NCBI GenBank assembly: GCA_001643675.2
Contig: LSRY02000003.1
Location: 434,001-498,000, forward strand
Direction of reading: 5' to 3'
Source: Monocercomonoides exilis PA203
Taxonomy: Eukaryota; Protista; Preaxostyla
DNA length: 64,000 nucleotides
Below, piece after piece: positions 1 to 11,949 of this stretch; position 1 is the first letter of the stretch; every line of letters starts with the position of its first letter. Position numbers and translations under genes: made by a program. The notes beneath the pieces are model-generated. The model saw only the letters and a program-made list of their open reading frames with translations. It made no database searches and was not told the origin of the DNA.

Positions 1-2959
1 AGTGTGTATTCTTTACAAAGATTGCTGCTAAAGAAGGGAAGTTTGATGAGATCCATTCATTTGACTCTGATTCCAATGGAAGCATCTCGTCAAATTGTTG
101 TTCTCGCATGTTGATAATGGCATCAAAATTGTTCCAGCATTCAGGTGGTTTGCCTGATGTAAAAAAATAAATGATAACAGAGATAATCGCATTGAAGAAT
201 ATGGAATAATAAACAGAAAACACATAAATATTTATAGGCACATACAAAGAACTCAATAAAAAAATAAAAAAGAAAAATCATAAAAAGCATTTCCAAATCA
301 CGAAAGTTAAAAAGCAGTGGGATAAAATGTTTCGATGAATTAAACCAAAAAAAAACCGATCCAAATTAAATAGCCTACCTGCCCATTGATCGCCTATTGC
401 AACGCCAGTATTTCCAATAAAGGCAAAATGTGATTTTTTGCCAGAAGCAAAGCTTTCTCCTTCGCCTGAAGAAAGTGAATATGAAGGCTCAGAGCTAAAA
501 CAGATAACATTGAATGGTTAAAGCATGCAGTTGATATAAAAAATTTTGAGAAAAAAAAAGTTATTCCATTGAAAATTATCCATTAATGCAAGAATGTGAA
601 TAAAAATAAAATATTTAATAGAAGAATAAAGACAAAATCAAATTTTGTGTGTATTTTTGAGAAAAATTAACAATGTCAATGAAATAAACCTTTGCTTCTC
701 TTTCTCTTCTGCCACGATTCTTTCAACAATCTCGCGGCACTTCGATTTATGAGCAAGTATTTCGTCTCTGTGCTTCCAAAACATCTCGTGAGTCAGTCCT
801 TTTGCCCAAGTTTCTTCGTCATCGGCGGCTCCTGGAAGATAACTAGATGAATGAAGAATTAGAAATATGAATATCATCAAAAAGAAAGATAAATAAAATC
901 ATATAAAATTAAGAAGGAACTGAAAAAAAAGGAATAAGAAATAGAAACAAACTGAAATGGAACTCCATCTCGCCTTTGATAAGCAGTGTCTGGAATACTC
1001 GCTCGATTCCAATATTGTTTTTCCTTTTCTGCCTTGTGTGCTGCTGAACTCAAAGCATCTTCTCCTTCTTTTTTCTCATTTTCCTTTGTTTCTTCTGTTG
1101 CTTTGCACTCACAATCAGCGCTAGGCTTTGAGTAAGAAGGCTTTGAGACAGACAGAAGGACGATGGGGATGAGGTTGTGCTGTTTGCAGTGAGAGAAAAA
1201 AGACTGGTGCAAAAGCGGGCGGTTTGGAGACAGCCACTCGCAGCAAAGATAAAATGGACAGTTTGGCTCTAATAATTCTGGGGGGAATGACAATGAGGAT
1301 GATATTGACTGAATGTTTTGGTTAAAGAAAGAAAGAAAGAAAAAAGAGAGAGAGAGAGAGAAGGAAAAAATAGTGCAGAAGAAATGAAATGAAAATTATT
1401 CAAAAATAAACAAGAAAAATGTACGTTTTGAACAAAAAATAAAAGAAAAGAATTGAAAAAAAACTATTAGTTATTTTCTATCACACCATTACATCGTCAA
1501 CCCAACTATCCAATTTTGAGCATATGAGAGAATGCTCATTTAACGAAATCGATGGCGGAAGATGCAGCATCAGGGGATCGAAAGGAGGAGAAGGAAGAGG
1601 AAGGAATTCTTGAACAACAAAATGTGAGTAATCAAGAAGCGGATCATAACACGAAGGAGGAGATGCACAATAAATTGAAGAGGCAATTGAAGACGAAGAA
1701 GAAAACGATGATGAAGACGAAGACGGAGACGAAGATGAAGATGGAGATGGAGATGGAGATGGAGACGAGGTCGAGGTCGACGATGAAGTTGAAGTTGAAA
1801 TTGAAGTTGAAATTGAATCTTTTGCAAATGGCTGCTTTAGTTCCAATTCTTCAGCATCAGACAATTCATCACCATCTTCACTCGCATCAAATGTGATGAA
1901 GTCGCTCAAGTCAGAACTATCTTCAGATGGCAATTTTTCTTCAACTGTTTTGCTATCATCAAGCATTTCAGGCTTTTCATGTGGGAGTTTTCCTTTGAAA
2001 CTTATATCTTTGCATTTTGAGGACTGCCTAGATTCACCGGCTTCAATGATTTTTGATTCTGAAGTCTTCACTGTGCTGATTTCCTTATCTAAATCCTTTT
2101 CAAGTTGCTGGGTTTGGTTTTCCGCCTCACTTGCTCCGCAACTTGGGTTCACAAATCTGGAAGCTGCATCATCCTTTTCCTTTCGAAAGCTTGCATCAAA
2201 TTTTGGGCTACACGAATTAGAGTTTTTATCAATTGTAATCCTTTTATATGGCTTAATTTTTGCTTTATCAATCTCATCCCAATCTCCATCGGATTCAGAA
2301 TCTGCAATAAAAGTTACATGTTCACAACGATCAGTTTGTTCCTTGACAGCATTCACTTTTTCACTCTTATGAGGAAGATAAGTTTCATTCCCTTTATAAA
2401 TATCCTTCGATTTTTGAGATTTACGACTTTGCTTGTTATATTTACGCCGATTTTTTGAAGGAATTAAATCTTTCTCTTCATTTCCCTCTTTGAACACTTC
2501 TTGCTTGCAAGGAAACTGTATCGTAAATTTATCCATAGGAGTGTTGGATGTCTTTTTTTCTCTCAAACACTTAAAAACTCTGTTTAAAACGCAAATCCAT
2601 ATTGGGATAGTTTTTGAAAAACTATCTGGAAAAGATTTGCCTCGTTTTGTTGAATCAACAATAAAGCACCCACCACATTTAAAGGAAGAGTTCAGTAAAT
2701 GAAGGTTGAGTCTTCCAAGATTGAGAGACCAATTTCCATAATGTCCATCAGTGCTCTTAAAATAAACAGAATTTTCAAAAAAGGGTTGATACCACTGGCC
2801 GCATCGTAAGTTTGCACAAAACAGAATTTGCGGATAAAGCTTTCTTAAAAATGAAACAAAAGAACTGTCGCTATTGATACTGTTTAAAGAATCCCAAAGT
2901 TGATCTTCGTGTTTTGCTTCCTTATTTGTTTTCAGAAACACTTTTGTTGATAAGTGCAT
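1..2959 (-). CDS. RIT1: Initiator tRNA A64 2'-O-phosphoribosyl transferase (Rit1), 3'-partial; exons 2959-1487, 1308-953, 842-690, ~495-379, 153-<1
   Basis: Rit1 motifs ANLRCGQWY, YFKSTDGHYGNWS, GGCFIVDSTKRGKSFPDSFSKTIPIWICVLN and YLPGAADDEETWAKGLT. GT-AG junctions keep frame through to AFIGNTGVAIGD...FDAIIN of the C-terminal domain. Confidence 0.92.
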
Positions 2960-3950
2960 CGCATCTAATATTCTTTGACAATCAAAAAAAATAATTCTTC
3001 AATTAAAATGAAGTATTTCTCCAGTTCAAAAATTTGACTAAAATTTGTGCTTCAATTCAAAAAAATAATTTTATTTTGCAATAATTATTTGCTGCTCTTT
3101 GGAATCACTCGAGTAATTGTGAAAATTTTGAAAGCCCATATTATAATTTTTCATTTTATGAAATCAGAAATAAATATTATAGCAATAAATAAATAAAAAT
3201 TAATAATAAAAGCTTTTATGATAGATTAATAGAGATACTGATTTGACAAAAATTTCACATTTAGCTGATCTTTATTAAGATCTAATTTTCGTTCGAATTT
3301 CGATTATTATTTTATATTCTCAATGGGAACAACTGAAAAATTGTGAAAAACCGCACAACAGCTTTTTATCAGTTAATCCATTGATTATTAAACACTCCAT
3401 GGAATTCACATTGAAAAAAAAACGATGAAGACTGAAGAAAAAGTTTGATTTCGAAATGGATTAGCCATAAGAAAATTCACATGAAAATTCACAAAATAAA
3501 TATTTTTCGCTCATACGAGTGGTTTTATTATTTTTTCCCTTTCATTTCCAATGCTTGGCATTTGCAAATATCATTGAAAAGCCTGATTTGTAGTAGTTGT
3601 TGTTTGAAAAATAATAATTATATTCTCAGCTGTTTGGCATGAGCGATAAAATGAAATTCAAATATATTCAAAGCTGATTAAACTTTTCAACAAATCACTT
3701 TTTCTATTTCATATCAAAATGGACTTGAATGAGCTATGAAATAGAAAACAAGTTTTGGTTTTTTATTAGATTTTAGTATTTCCACGATTATTCATAAAAA
3801 TAACCGCAAAGCCATCATATAAAACATTTTTGGACAGCACAAATCATTTAAGAAGCTTCAAATTGAACAAAAAAAGAAAAGCAAGTTTCAGTTTCTCCAA
3901 TTTCACAAAATGCAAGTTTTTGGTTGGTGTTCTTGAATTCGTATCTCATG

Positions 3951-6900
3951 TCACTCTGCATCATTCTCTGCCATTTCTGTCAATGATTGTATCACCTCAC
4001 CCAAAGTTGGTCTGCCATCTGGCTCATCTGCCCACATCCTCTCTATCAGCTCAACCATTTCTTCTCCTTCGATTCCTTCTATCAGTGGTCGCACTCCATC
4101 TCTCATCATCTCCTGTGCTTCTTCTGCATCACACTCGCTCAAAGGCACTTCCCCTGTTGTCATTTCATGCAGAATCAGTCCAAGTGTGAAAACAATTGCC
4201 TGCTCAATTCCTTCTTCTTCCACTTCCTCATCTTCATTTCCCACTTCTGGTGCCTTCCATCGTTTCATTTCTTCCTTCTCCTTTTCATTCTCCAATTCCT
4301 CTGTCAAAACAAATATTTCATTATTTCCTTCTTCAACAAAGATTGTATATGGGCACAGCTGCCTCGCCATCATTTCCACCCTTTCATCATCAACTGAAAT
4401 CAAATGCTCAAACAGCTCTGCCACTGCCAAAACCACCTGCTTCCCATCAACAACATCCATCGCTCTTGTTCCCAGTGTGAAATTGCCTTGAACAGAATGA
4501 ATCGTTGAATGCAATGTTTTGATGTTATTTTTCTCTTTCTCTCGAAATGGCTTTTTGGCTGATATCACATTGAATGAATGAGACTGTAACACTCTTGCAA
4601 CAGAACCATCCTCAGAAAATGGTAATGGAGGATCCAAATCTGGAAGATCATTTTCGTTCAACTCAACATCGTTCATTCCTCCCAGTTCTGTCCGCTCTTC
4701 TTCATCATTGTCAATGAGAAGTGGAATTTGGCTTGTCATCCCTTCCAGCAGTGTGGATGGCATCTCACTCATCTCAATACATCCCCCATTGTTTTCCCTT
4801 CTCCTCTCAATCTTCTCCATTATTTGTCTTGCTTCTGAATCTGCTGCCTCTGCTTTTCTTTCTGCTTCCCTCAATTTCCTTCGCAAAATCACAACAACCA
4901 CAACAATAACAAACAACAGAATTATTACAACTACAATACAGCCAATAAAGGCAAACAAACTCCATTCAATGACATTTATATAAACATTTCCTCCTTCAAC
5001 AATCCTTTCATCATCTTTTGGAGGAGTAATGCTTGCATTTTTCAGAATGAATGATTGCGTTGATGAAGGAGATTCTGCATTCCCAAACAAAACAGAAACA
5101 CTCACCTCGATTTCATCTCCACAACTGCTGATGAGATCTTTTGCCACACTTCCTTCAACTTCTGTTTCTGACAAGAATCCATTTGAATCAAAATCATAAT
5201 GTTCAATCTCCTTCTCTTCTCCTTTTCTCTTCACAACTCTGAATGACAGATTGCATGGAACAAGAAGCGATCCTTTAAATGTCAGCTTCATTCTGTCTGT
5301 CTCTTCTTTTGCTTCCGCACTCTCCAGAACAGGAATGAAAAATGATGAATCCCTTTCTGAAACAATCCCTTCAAAACCGCACCCATCATTCAATATCCAA
5401 AGAGAAGTGCTATCCTTCAATCCATCTCCTCCTTTCAAACTCATCACATTCAATGTTCCAGAATCTGAACAGATGATGTTTCTTCTCAATGAAGGATATC
5501 CTTTAATGGATGGATTATTGTTTTCAAATCTTCCATCATTAACAGTCATTTCCCCTCCACTCATTGTTATTCCACCTTCTGGTGAATTCGAGATTGTTGT
5601 GTCTTTCATCAAAACAGAACTCTTCTCAACATCCACAACAGATCCATCCCATCTGCACATCTCTTCTCCCTCATTCAAATTCTTTTCATTTCTTTCCTTT
5701 GAACTTCCATCGAAAAAGCAGCTGTCTATTTTCACATCCAAACAATTCTCCACTTTCATCAATTTTCCTTTTGTGGTGTTTGAACTGACTCCACCCATTG
5801 TGCAATTTGTCAACTGAAATGTCTTTTTCATCGACAGGCACGATATCAATGATTCTTCATTTCCTTCAATTGAGATATTTTCTGTATTAAAATCTTCAAT
5901 TTTCAATTCACCACATTCATTAATATCTATCAGAGATGTTTTTATTGTTGAATTGCAAATCGTTAATAAATAAATCACTGATGGAAGTTGAGAAGAAAGA
6001 TATAATGCTGATTCTCGAAGAATAAGATTTGATATAGAGCATTCATCAAGTTGTAATTCTCCTTTTTCCATTTTTATTATGTGAAATGGAATATTTGCAA
6101 ATTCTGCATTAATTCCTTCCATCAGTTGTTTTGTAGTGAGCGAGCAATTCACAATTTCAAGAATCCCTCCCTCTGGTGATATTAATGATTCATGTTGAGA
6201 AATGAAATTCGAATCAAACACAAAATTCACTCTCGCCAATGAGACTGTTCCTGTTGTTGAAATCAAAGAATTCTTTTCACCTGTTATCTCTGATTTCACT
6301 TCAACTTCACACGTTTCTCTGCTCTTAGAGCTCAAACTCATTTCCTTCAAATTAATCTCTTCCTCAATTGCGCTCTTGGTTTCAATGTGCAACAGACTCA
6401 CATATTCCGAAGTCAGATGCATTAGTCCATGATTAATTGAGTTACAAGGAAGTGTGTTTGTTCCGCATTGTCTCTCATTCGTTCCATTCACACTGCTCAC
6501 AACAATTGTGTCACTCTGATGAATCGTCACAAATTCAATCAGATCAGTATCACTTGGATAATCACACTCATCTCTTCCAAATATTGCATTACTGCGATTG
6601 TATTTCCCTTCTCGAAGATCAAATCGAAATTGGCTTTCATTGATCTGAGATGTGATGTTGAAGCATTCAATAAAAATATCATTTCCCACTTTTGCTGTGT
6701 TCGCACTGAATTTCATCCCCATAAATGTGAAATTCAAATCACCTGTTTCCTTTGTTGTCAAATACACTCCTCCTCCTTTCCCTGAACTAATACTGCAATT
6801 GCAATTTGTGATTTTGGAGTCAATCATATTCATTGATCCAGACGATCCCAATGTGAAGTATATTGCACCTCCTTTTTCACTTTTTTCTGCTTTGTCTTCT

Positions 6901-9900
6901 GTGATGTTGCTCTCATTCACAACCAATTCGATCTTTTTCTCACTCTTTGACTCCAAAATGCTTGGCCCATTGTCACTTCTCTTTACTCCTGAAAATGATG
7001 AGTTATCAATGTTGAGATTCATTTCCTCTCCTCCTTCATTAATCTTTGTTGTTGATTCAGGTCCTTTGACCAGAAGAAGGCATCCGCCTCTTTCATTCAA
7101 CAATTTCACTCGAACATTCACCAAATGGACTGAAACTCCAGCATTGTTAATTGCAAAAATGTTGTTTCCAACGTTGCATGATTCCATCGACAAATCGTTC
7201 ACTTTTACACTACCTCCAACCACATCCGCAAACACACAATCAAATCCATTGTTCACTCCTGCTTCTGAATAGAATGAACATCCACTTATCACCAAATCTC
7301 CATTTTTGTTGGAAATAATCGTTTTGGCCGAGTTGTCAAATCCAGATTTCAGTTGGAGTTGGATATTTGTCAATTCAAGATGATCATCATTCACCATGAA
7401 ATATTCCAGTTGATCTCCAATTGCATTTTCAAAATTCAAAGTTGCTTTCACATTCTCTTCTCCCATCTTCACACTTTTTTTAATCTGATAATTGGACATG
7501 TTGAATGAATCTTGAATGATAGTTGATTCTTCAATCTGAATTGTTTTATTTCCTTCTCCCTCTTTCATGTTTTTCATCCCTTTCCACATCGTTTTGCATG
7601 GTTCTTCTTCACTCCCGCATCTTGCAACATCAAATCCACTCGATGAGATAAAAATCTCAAATGAACTGTATGGAATCAGAAACATGAATAAATCTTTGTT
7701 TGAATGCATGTTATCACTTCCAACAAACAAATTGTTATCAGCTATCATTGATGAATAATCGAACTTAAACTCATCGTTTGTTACAGAAGAATTAAAATCC
7801 TTTCCCAAAATGAACACATTCTTCCCTGTGGCTGCATTGTTATTTTCAAAAGTGACACCAACATCAAAGAGAAATGGCTTTTCATCCAAACAATTTTCAC
7901 AATCCAAATACAAGAATCCTCCTTTTCCATTGCCTGATGAAAGTGAACACGATGATGCATTTGTTGATTTAATGATCAAATTTTCATTCTCTTGCAATGT
8001 CACTTTTGAAACACCTCCTTCACCGCTCCCAGTGTTCACAATGTTTGAAAAGTTGCTGTTTTCAAACAAAACAGAAGAAGCCATCACCAATGGAGATATG
8101 ACAAATGAACAATCTGTCAAAATGCATCCCTTCAATGTGCAACTTCCAGTGGTTGTTGTTATCAACGAATATTGAATGGTCGTTGATGATCGAATCTCAA
8201 ATAAACAGGTTTCAAGTTGAAGATCTCCACTCGAAGAGATCAAGGAATTCTTGCTTGGTTCAAATTGACTTGGAATCTGTAACTTCAAAGAATACAAGTC
8301 GAGTGAGGCAGTCGATGAAATAACAGATGAAGTCGATGCTGAATTCCCTTTGATAGCCTCTTCAAAATGAATAGGCTTGTGTTTGGTATCATCTCCCTCA
8401 TTCACACATCCATCAATCACAAGTGCATCTATAAACGAATAAATATCTTCGATTGTCCCTTCATCCCTCACTTTCACTTTCCTTTCTCCAACTGTTCCAC
8501 TTCTGTCAATGTGGTCAATTCCACTTTTCATCGATTCACATGGGAATTTTTCACTTCCACATCCCAATGTGTCATGCCCACCAGTCGATACAGACACAAC
8601 CACCCACTTCAAAGAAACAAGAAACACTCGAAGATCCATTTCTCCATATTTTCCATCTTCCCCAACAAATGCATTCTCATCACTAGAATATCCCGAGTAA
8701 TCAAATGCAAAACGCTCTGTATTCACAGTGCTCACCAGACTGCTGCTCTTCACAAACATGTTCTTCCCAACTGTTGCTGAGCATCCTGAAAACGATATCG
8801 ATGACAGCTGAAATCCTTCTTCATTCAGGCTGCAGTCCAGATAAATCCCTCCTCCTTTTCCTCCATCGCTGGCATCCTCACTCACGCAGCAGGCGGAGAA
8901 GGTGGAATCACTCACCGAAAACGAGTTGGCAGAGGCAGATGAGGCGAATGAGATGCACCCGCCATTGGTGGCAGTCTGTTGGCTCAACTGTTCTGAGTTG
9001 ATGCTGGTCATGGTGCAGTTGGCGAGGGAGAGGGAGAGGGCAGGGGAGGTGGCAGAGGAGAGGACACAGCTGGTGGGGGTGGCTGTGGAGGTGATGTGGG
9101 TGATGTTGGAGGAGTTGAGGGTGAGGGGAGCTGTGAGGGAGGTGAGGTGGAAGATGCTGGGGCTGTTGAGGGCGAGTTGGGTGATTGCTGTGTGGTTGAG
9201 GGCGAGGGAGCCAGCAGTGAGGAAGAAGAGTGGAGTTTTTATAGTTATGGAGGTTGTTCCGGTGATGGTGGTTGTGTTGAGGTTGAGGGAAGGGGAGTTA
9301 TCGGAGAGGTGGAAGAGGATGGGGGTGATGAGGTTTGAGGAGTTGTGGGCGATGGCGAGGGCAGAGACCGTGAGGAAGCCCTGGGTCTGTTGGAAGAGGG
9401 CAGAAGTGGCAGATGGATCTGGTGAAGAAGATGTTGAAGAAGGAAATGAAGAAGATGATGATGTTGATTGTGATGACTGCGAATATGAGTTTGATGGTTG
9501 GGGAATGCCACTGGAGGCAATGGTGGTGGTGGCTATTCCATTTCCTGTGATTTTTGTATTTGGAGAATAAAAAGTGAGTGTTTGAAGAGGAACAAATGTT
9601 GAGGTGAGAAGAGAGAGGGAGGCATCGCTGAAGGGAGCAATGCATCCGAGAGCATACTCCACTGTGGCACAGGGGCTTTGCTGTGTTTTGCCACAGGCAT
9701 CGACATCACTTCCACCATTTGCAACGATTTTATTCTGGTTGATGATTGGAAGCCAGCTGTTGTATACAGCGTTATCAGCTGTTCCAGCATTCCATACTCT
9801 TTTCGATAGGGTTGTTGATCCACAATTCTCGAATGGAGATTGGGTGATGCTGCTGCCATTGAAGAACACATCGTTTCCTCTGCCATTAGTGGCAGTGTTG

Positions 9901-11534
9901 CCATCGAAGAAACAAAATGTGATGAATTTTATTCCGTTCATCCAGGAGTAAGTTCCATCAAAGTAAATACCTGCTCCACCGTAAGTGGAAGAAGAAGAAG
10001 TTAATTTGTTATCGATGAACAGACACTCAACGATTGAAAACTTATTCAGTTGACTTAATGGAGGCCAATAGAATGTTAAAGAACCAGCAGCATTACCACC
10101 AGTATTTGCGATGCACTTGCATTTTGAAAACAGGAATTGACCATTTGTTGAAATTGTTTGTAGCGCAAAATGCCAACAAGTTCCATAAGCGCTTGTTATT
10201 GAACAACCTTCAACTTTATTATCTGAGAATGAATAAACAGAATTTGATCGTGGGTATCTGATACAATTTGCTCCTCCGTCCAAAGCAGAGCAACTTGAGA
10301 AATTTGATTTTATGATATCAATTTTCAACAAATCTTGACATAATAACGCTCCTCCTTCCCAACAACTCGAACAGTTGAAAAATGAACAATACGTGATTTC
10401 GAGATTTGCGTATGTGCAATAAACGAAAAGTGCACCTGCTTGATCATTTCCTCCATTTGAATTATTCCATTCACACCACTCAAAGCGATAGCTATTCAAA
10501 GCAGTGAAGGACAATCTTCCAGGTGATTTTCTGTGAGTTTCATTTCCAACATGTACAACAGCAGCATTTTGTGAAGAGCGTGTTTGGTGGAGGAAAGAGG
10601 CGTTGAAGGCAGAGAGAGAAGTGGATGGGCTGTTGAGGTCGGGGAGGATGGCACCATCGATGGGGTTGTGGGTGTGGAGGAAGATGGTTGAGCGGATGGA
10701 AAGAGATGAATGAAGGGAGAAGGAGGGGATTGAATTGGTAATGATGTTGGTGGAAGAGGAAGAAGAGGAAGAAGTGGTTGAGATGAGAGGATTGAGTGAG
10801 TGTTTAGGAAGGGATGGAAGTGATAGAGGGGATTGGGGAGAGGAGATGTTGGAGAAGAGGGCGTTTGAGAGATGGAGATGGAGGTGGATTTGGAGGTGGG
10901 GATGGGATTGGTGATGGTTATGGAGAGGGGAAGGGGAAGAGGAAATGGAAGGGGAAGGGGAAGGGGAAGAAAAAGAAGATGATGTGGATGAGGATGAGGA
11001 AGATGAAGGAGAAGGGGAAAGGGAAGAGAGGGAAGCAGGAGAAAAAAGGAAGGGCTGGATGAGGGAGATGAATGAGGAGAAAGAGGAGTGGGAGATGGAG
11101 AAGGAGGCAGGGATTGGGGAGTGGGCATGTGGGAGGAGATTGTTTGGGGTGGAGAAGAGGGGGAAGGAGAGGATGGCAGGTTGGTGGGTGATGAGGGAGA
11201 AGTTTGTGAGGGCGAGGGAGGCATAGGCAGAGAGGAAAAGCGGAGATTTTGTTGCCGGGCTGACTTGGCAAGTGGAGAAGAGGATGGCGGCAGCGGAGTG
11301 GTGTTGGGCAGTGAGGAGTGGACAACCGCTGAGAGGGATGAGGTTGAGATGGGTCACACACAAGGATGAATTGATGATATTCAGACTTGTCTCAACACAT
11401 GTGATATGATTGAATATTGTATTTCCAACGTTCTCCGCTTGCCCATTGGGGACAGCGTTTTCTATTGTTTTGCATCTGGTAAGAATACACAACGTTATTG
11501 CCAATAAAAATATTGCTGTCGAATTTCCTTTCAT
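3951..11534 (-). CDS. Giant intronless type-I membrane receptor-like protein (paralog A): signal peptide, Ser-rich and beta-helix-like repeat ectodomain, TM, C-terminal kinase-like (pseudokinase) C-lobe
   Basis: 2530-aa ORF (first ATG 11534). Hydrophobic N-terminus; recurring GGA(I/L)(Y/F), FxxNxA..GxD(V/I)F and CG....PCx(T/S) motifs; TM WSLFAFIGCIVVVIILLFVIVVVVVIL followed by RRK; RWKAPE...VFTLGLILHEMTTGEVP...RPT. Confidence 0.85.
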   Translation of the reverse strand: MKGNSTAIFLLAITLCILTRCKTIENAVPNGQAENVGNTIFNHITCVETSLNIINSSLCVTHLNLIPLSGCPLLTAQHHSAAAILFSTCQVSPATKSPLFLSAYASLALTNFSLITHQPAILSFPLFSTPNNLLPHAHSPIPASFSISHSSFSSFISLIQPFLFSPASLSSLSPSPSSSSSSSTSSSFSSPSPSPSISSSPSPLHNHHQSHPHLQIHLHLHLSNALFSNISSPQSPLSLPSLPKHSLNPLISTTSSSSSSSTNIITNSIPSFSLHSSLSIRSTIFLHTHNPIDGAILPDLNSPSTSLSAFNASFLHQTRSSQNAAVVHVGNETHRKSPGRLSFTALNSYRFEWCEWNNSNGGNDQAGALFVYCTYANLEITYCSFFNCSSCWEGGALLCQDLLKIDIIKSNFSSCSALDGGANCIRYPRSNSVYSFSDNKVEGCSITSAYGTCWHFALQTISTNGQFLFSKCKCIANTGGNAAGSLTFYWPPLSQLNKFSIVECLFIDNKLTSSSSTYGGAGIYFDGTYSWMNGIKFITFCFFDGNTATNGRGNDVFFNGSSITQSPFENCGSTTLSKRVWNAGTADNAVYNSWLPIINQNKIVANGGSDVDACGKTQQSPCATVEYALGCIAPFSDASLSLLTSTFVPLQTLTFYSPNTKITGNGIATTTIASSGIPQPSNSYSQSSQSTSSSSSFPSSTSSSPDPSATSALFQQTQGFLTVSALAIAHNSSNLITPILFHLSDNSPSLNLNTTTITGTTSITIKTPLFFLTAGSLALNHTAITQLALNSPSIFHLTSLTAPLTLNSSNITHITSTATPTSCVLSSATSPALSLSLANCTMTSINSEQLSQQTATNGGCISFASSASANSFSVSDSTFSACCVSEDASDGGKGGGIYLDCSLNEEGFQLSSISFSGCSATVGKNMFVKSSSLVSTVNTERFAFDYSGYSSDENAFVGEDGKYGEMDLRVFLVSLKWVVVSVSTGGHDTLGCGSEKFPCESMKSGIDHIDRSGTVGERKVKVRDEGTIEDIYSFIDALVIDGCVNEGDDTKHKPIHFEEAIKGNSASTSSVISSTASLDLYSLKLQIPSQFEPSKNSLISSSGDLQLETCLFEIRSSTTIQYSLITTTTGSCTLKGCILTDCSFVISPLVMASSVLFENSNFSNIVNTGSGEGGVSKVTLQENENLIIKSTNASSCSLSSGNGKGGFLYLDCENCLDEKPFLFDVGVTFENNNAATGKNVFILGKDFNSSVTNDEFKFDYSSMIADNNLFVGSDNMHSNKDLFMFLIPYSSFEIFISSSGFDVARCGSEEEPCKTMWKGMKNMKEGEGNKTIQIEESTIIQDSFNMSNYQIKKSVKMGEENVKATLNFENAIGDQLEYFMVNDDHLELTNIQLQLKSGFDNSAKTIISNKNGDLVISGCSFYSEAGVNNGFDCVFADVVGGSVKVNDLSMESCNVGNNIFAINNAGVSVHLVNVRVKLLNERGGCLLLVKGPESTTKINEGGEEMNLNIDNSSFSGVKRSDNGPSILESKSEKKIELVVNESNITEDKAEKSEKGGAIYFTLGSSGSMNMIDSKITNCNCSISSGKGGGVYLTTKETGDLNFTFMGMKFSANTAKVGNDIFIECFNITSQINESQFRFDLREGKYNRSNAIFGRDECDYPSDTDLIEFVTIHQSDTIVVSSVNGTNERQCGTNTLPCNSINHGLMHLTSEYVSLLHIETKSAIEEEINLKEMSLSSKSRETCEVEVKSEITGEKNSLISTTGTVSLARVNFVFDSNFISQHESLISPEGGILEIVNCSLTTKQLMEGINAEFANIPFHIIKMEKGELQLDECSISNLILRESALYLSSQLPSVIYLLTICNSTIKTSLIDINECGELKIEDFNTENISIEGNEESLISCLSMKKTFQLTNCTMGGVSSNTTKGKLMKVENCLDVKIDSCFFDGSSKERNEKNLNEGEEMCRWDGSVVDVEKSSVLMKDTTISNSPEGGITMSGGEMTVNDGRFENNNPSIKGYPSLRRNIICSDSGTLNVMSLKGGDGLKDSTSLWILNDGCGFEGIVSERDSSFFIPVLESAEAKEETDRMKLTFKGSLLVPCNLSFRVVKRKGEEKEIEHYDFDSNGFLSETEVEGSVAKDLISSCGDEIEVSVSVLFGNAESPSSTQSFILKNASITPPKDDERIVEGGNVYINVIEWSLFAFIGCIVVVIILLFVIVVVVVILRRKLREAERKAEAADSEARQIMEKIERRRENNGGCIEMSEMPSTLLEGMTSQIPLLIDNDEEERTELGGMNDVELNENDLPDLDPPLPFSEDGSVARVLQSHSFNVISAKKPFREKEKNNIKTLHSTIHSVQGNFTLGTRAMDVVDGKQVVLAVAELFEHLISVDDERVEMMARQLCPYTIFVEEGNNEIFVLTEELENEKEKEEMKRWKAPEVGNEDEEVEEEGIEQAIVFTLGLILHEMTTGEVPLSECDAEEAQEMMRDGVRPLIEGIEGEEMVELIERMWADEPDGRPTLGEVIQSLTEMAENDAE

Positions 11535-11949
11535 ATTCCACAAGATAAACGACTTCCAAACATTACAAAAATGAAAGTATTAATTATATATGCGATCAAA
11601 TAATGATTTGTGAAAATAATAATAAATATTCACAGTTTTACATGAAAATTCGAATCATGACAAAGGATTTTATTTACTTAAAGATTGCATATTTCCTGTT
11701 TGTTACAGATGCGATTTCTGCTATTAATTTATATAAGATTTTTTATTGACAATTCTTTTCTGAGCATGTATTGTGCTTGCTGTACAATGGAAAAATGATT
11801 AAAAGTTTGATTATTTTCCCCCTTGATAAGTGAATTTATTTCTTTTTCTCATTTGTCAAAAATATTGTTTTATTTAGTTCAAGCAGATATGATAATTTTG
11901 GAGAATTAAGAAAGTGTTTTTGAACAAAAATGCTTCGCTGAATTCACTA

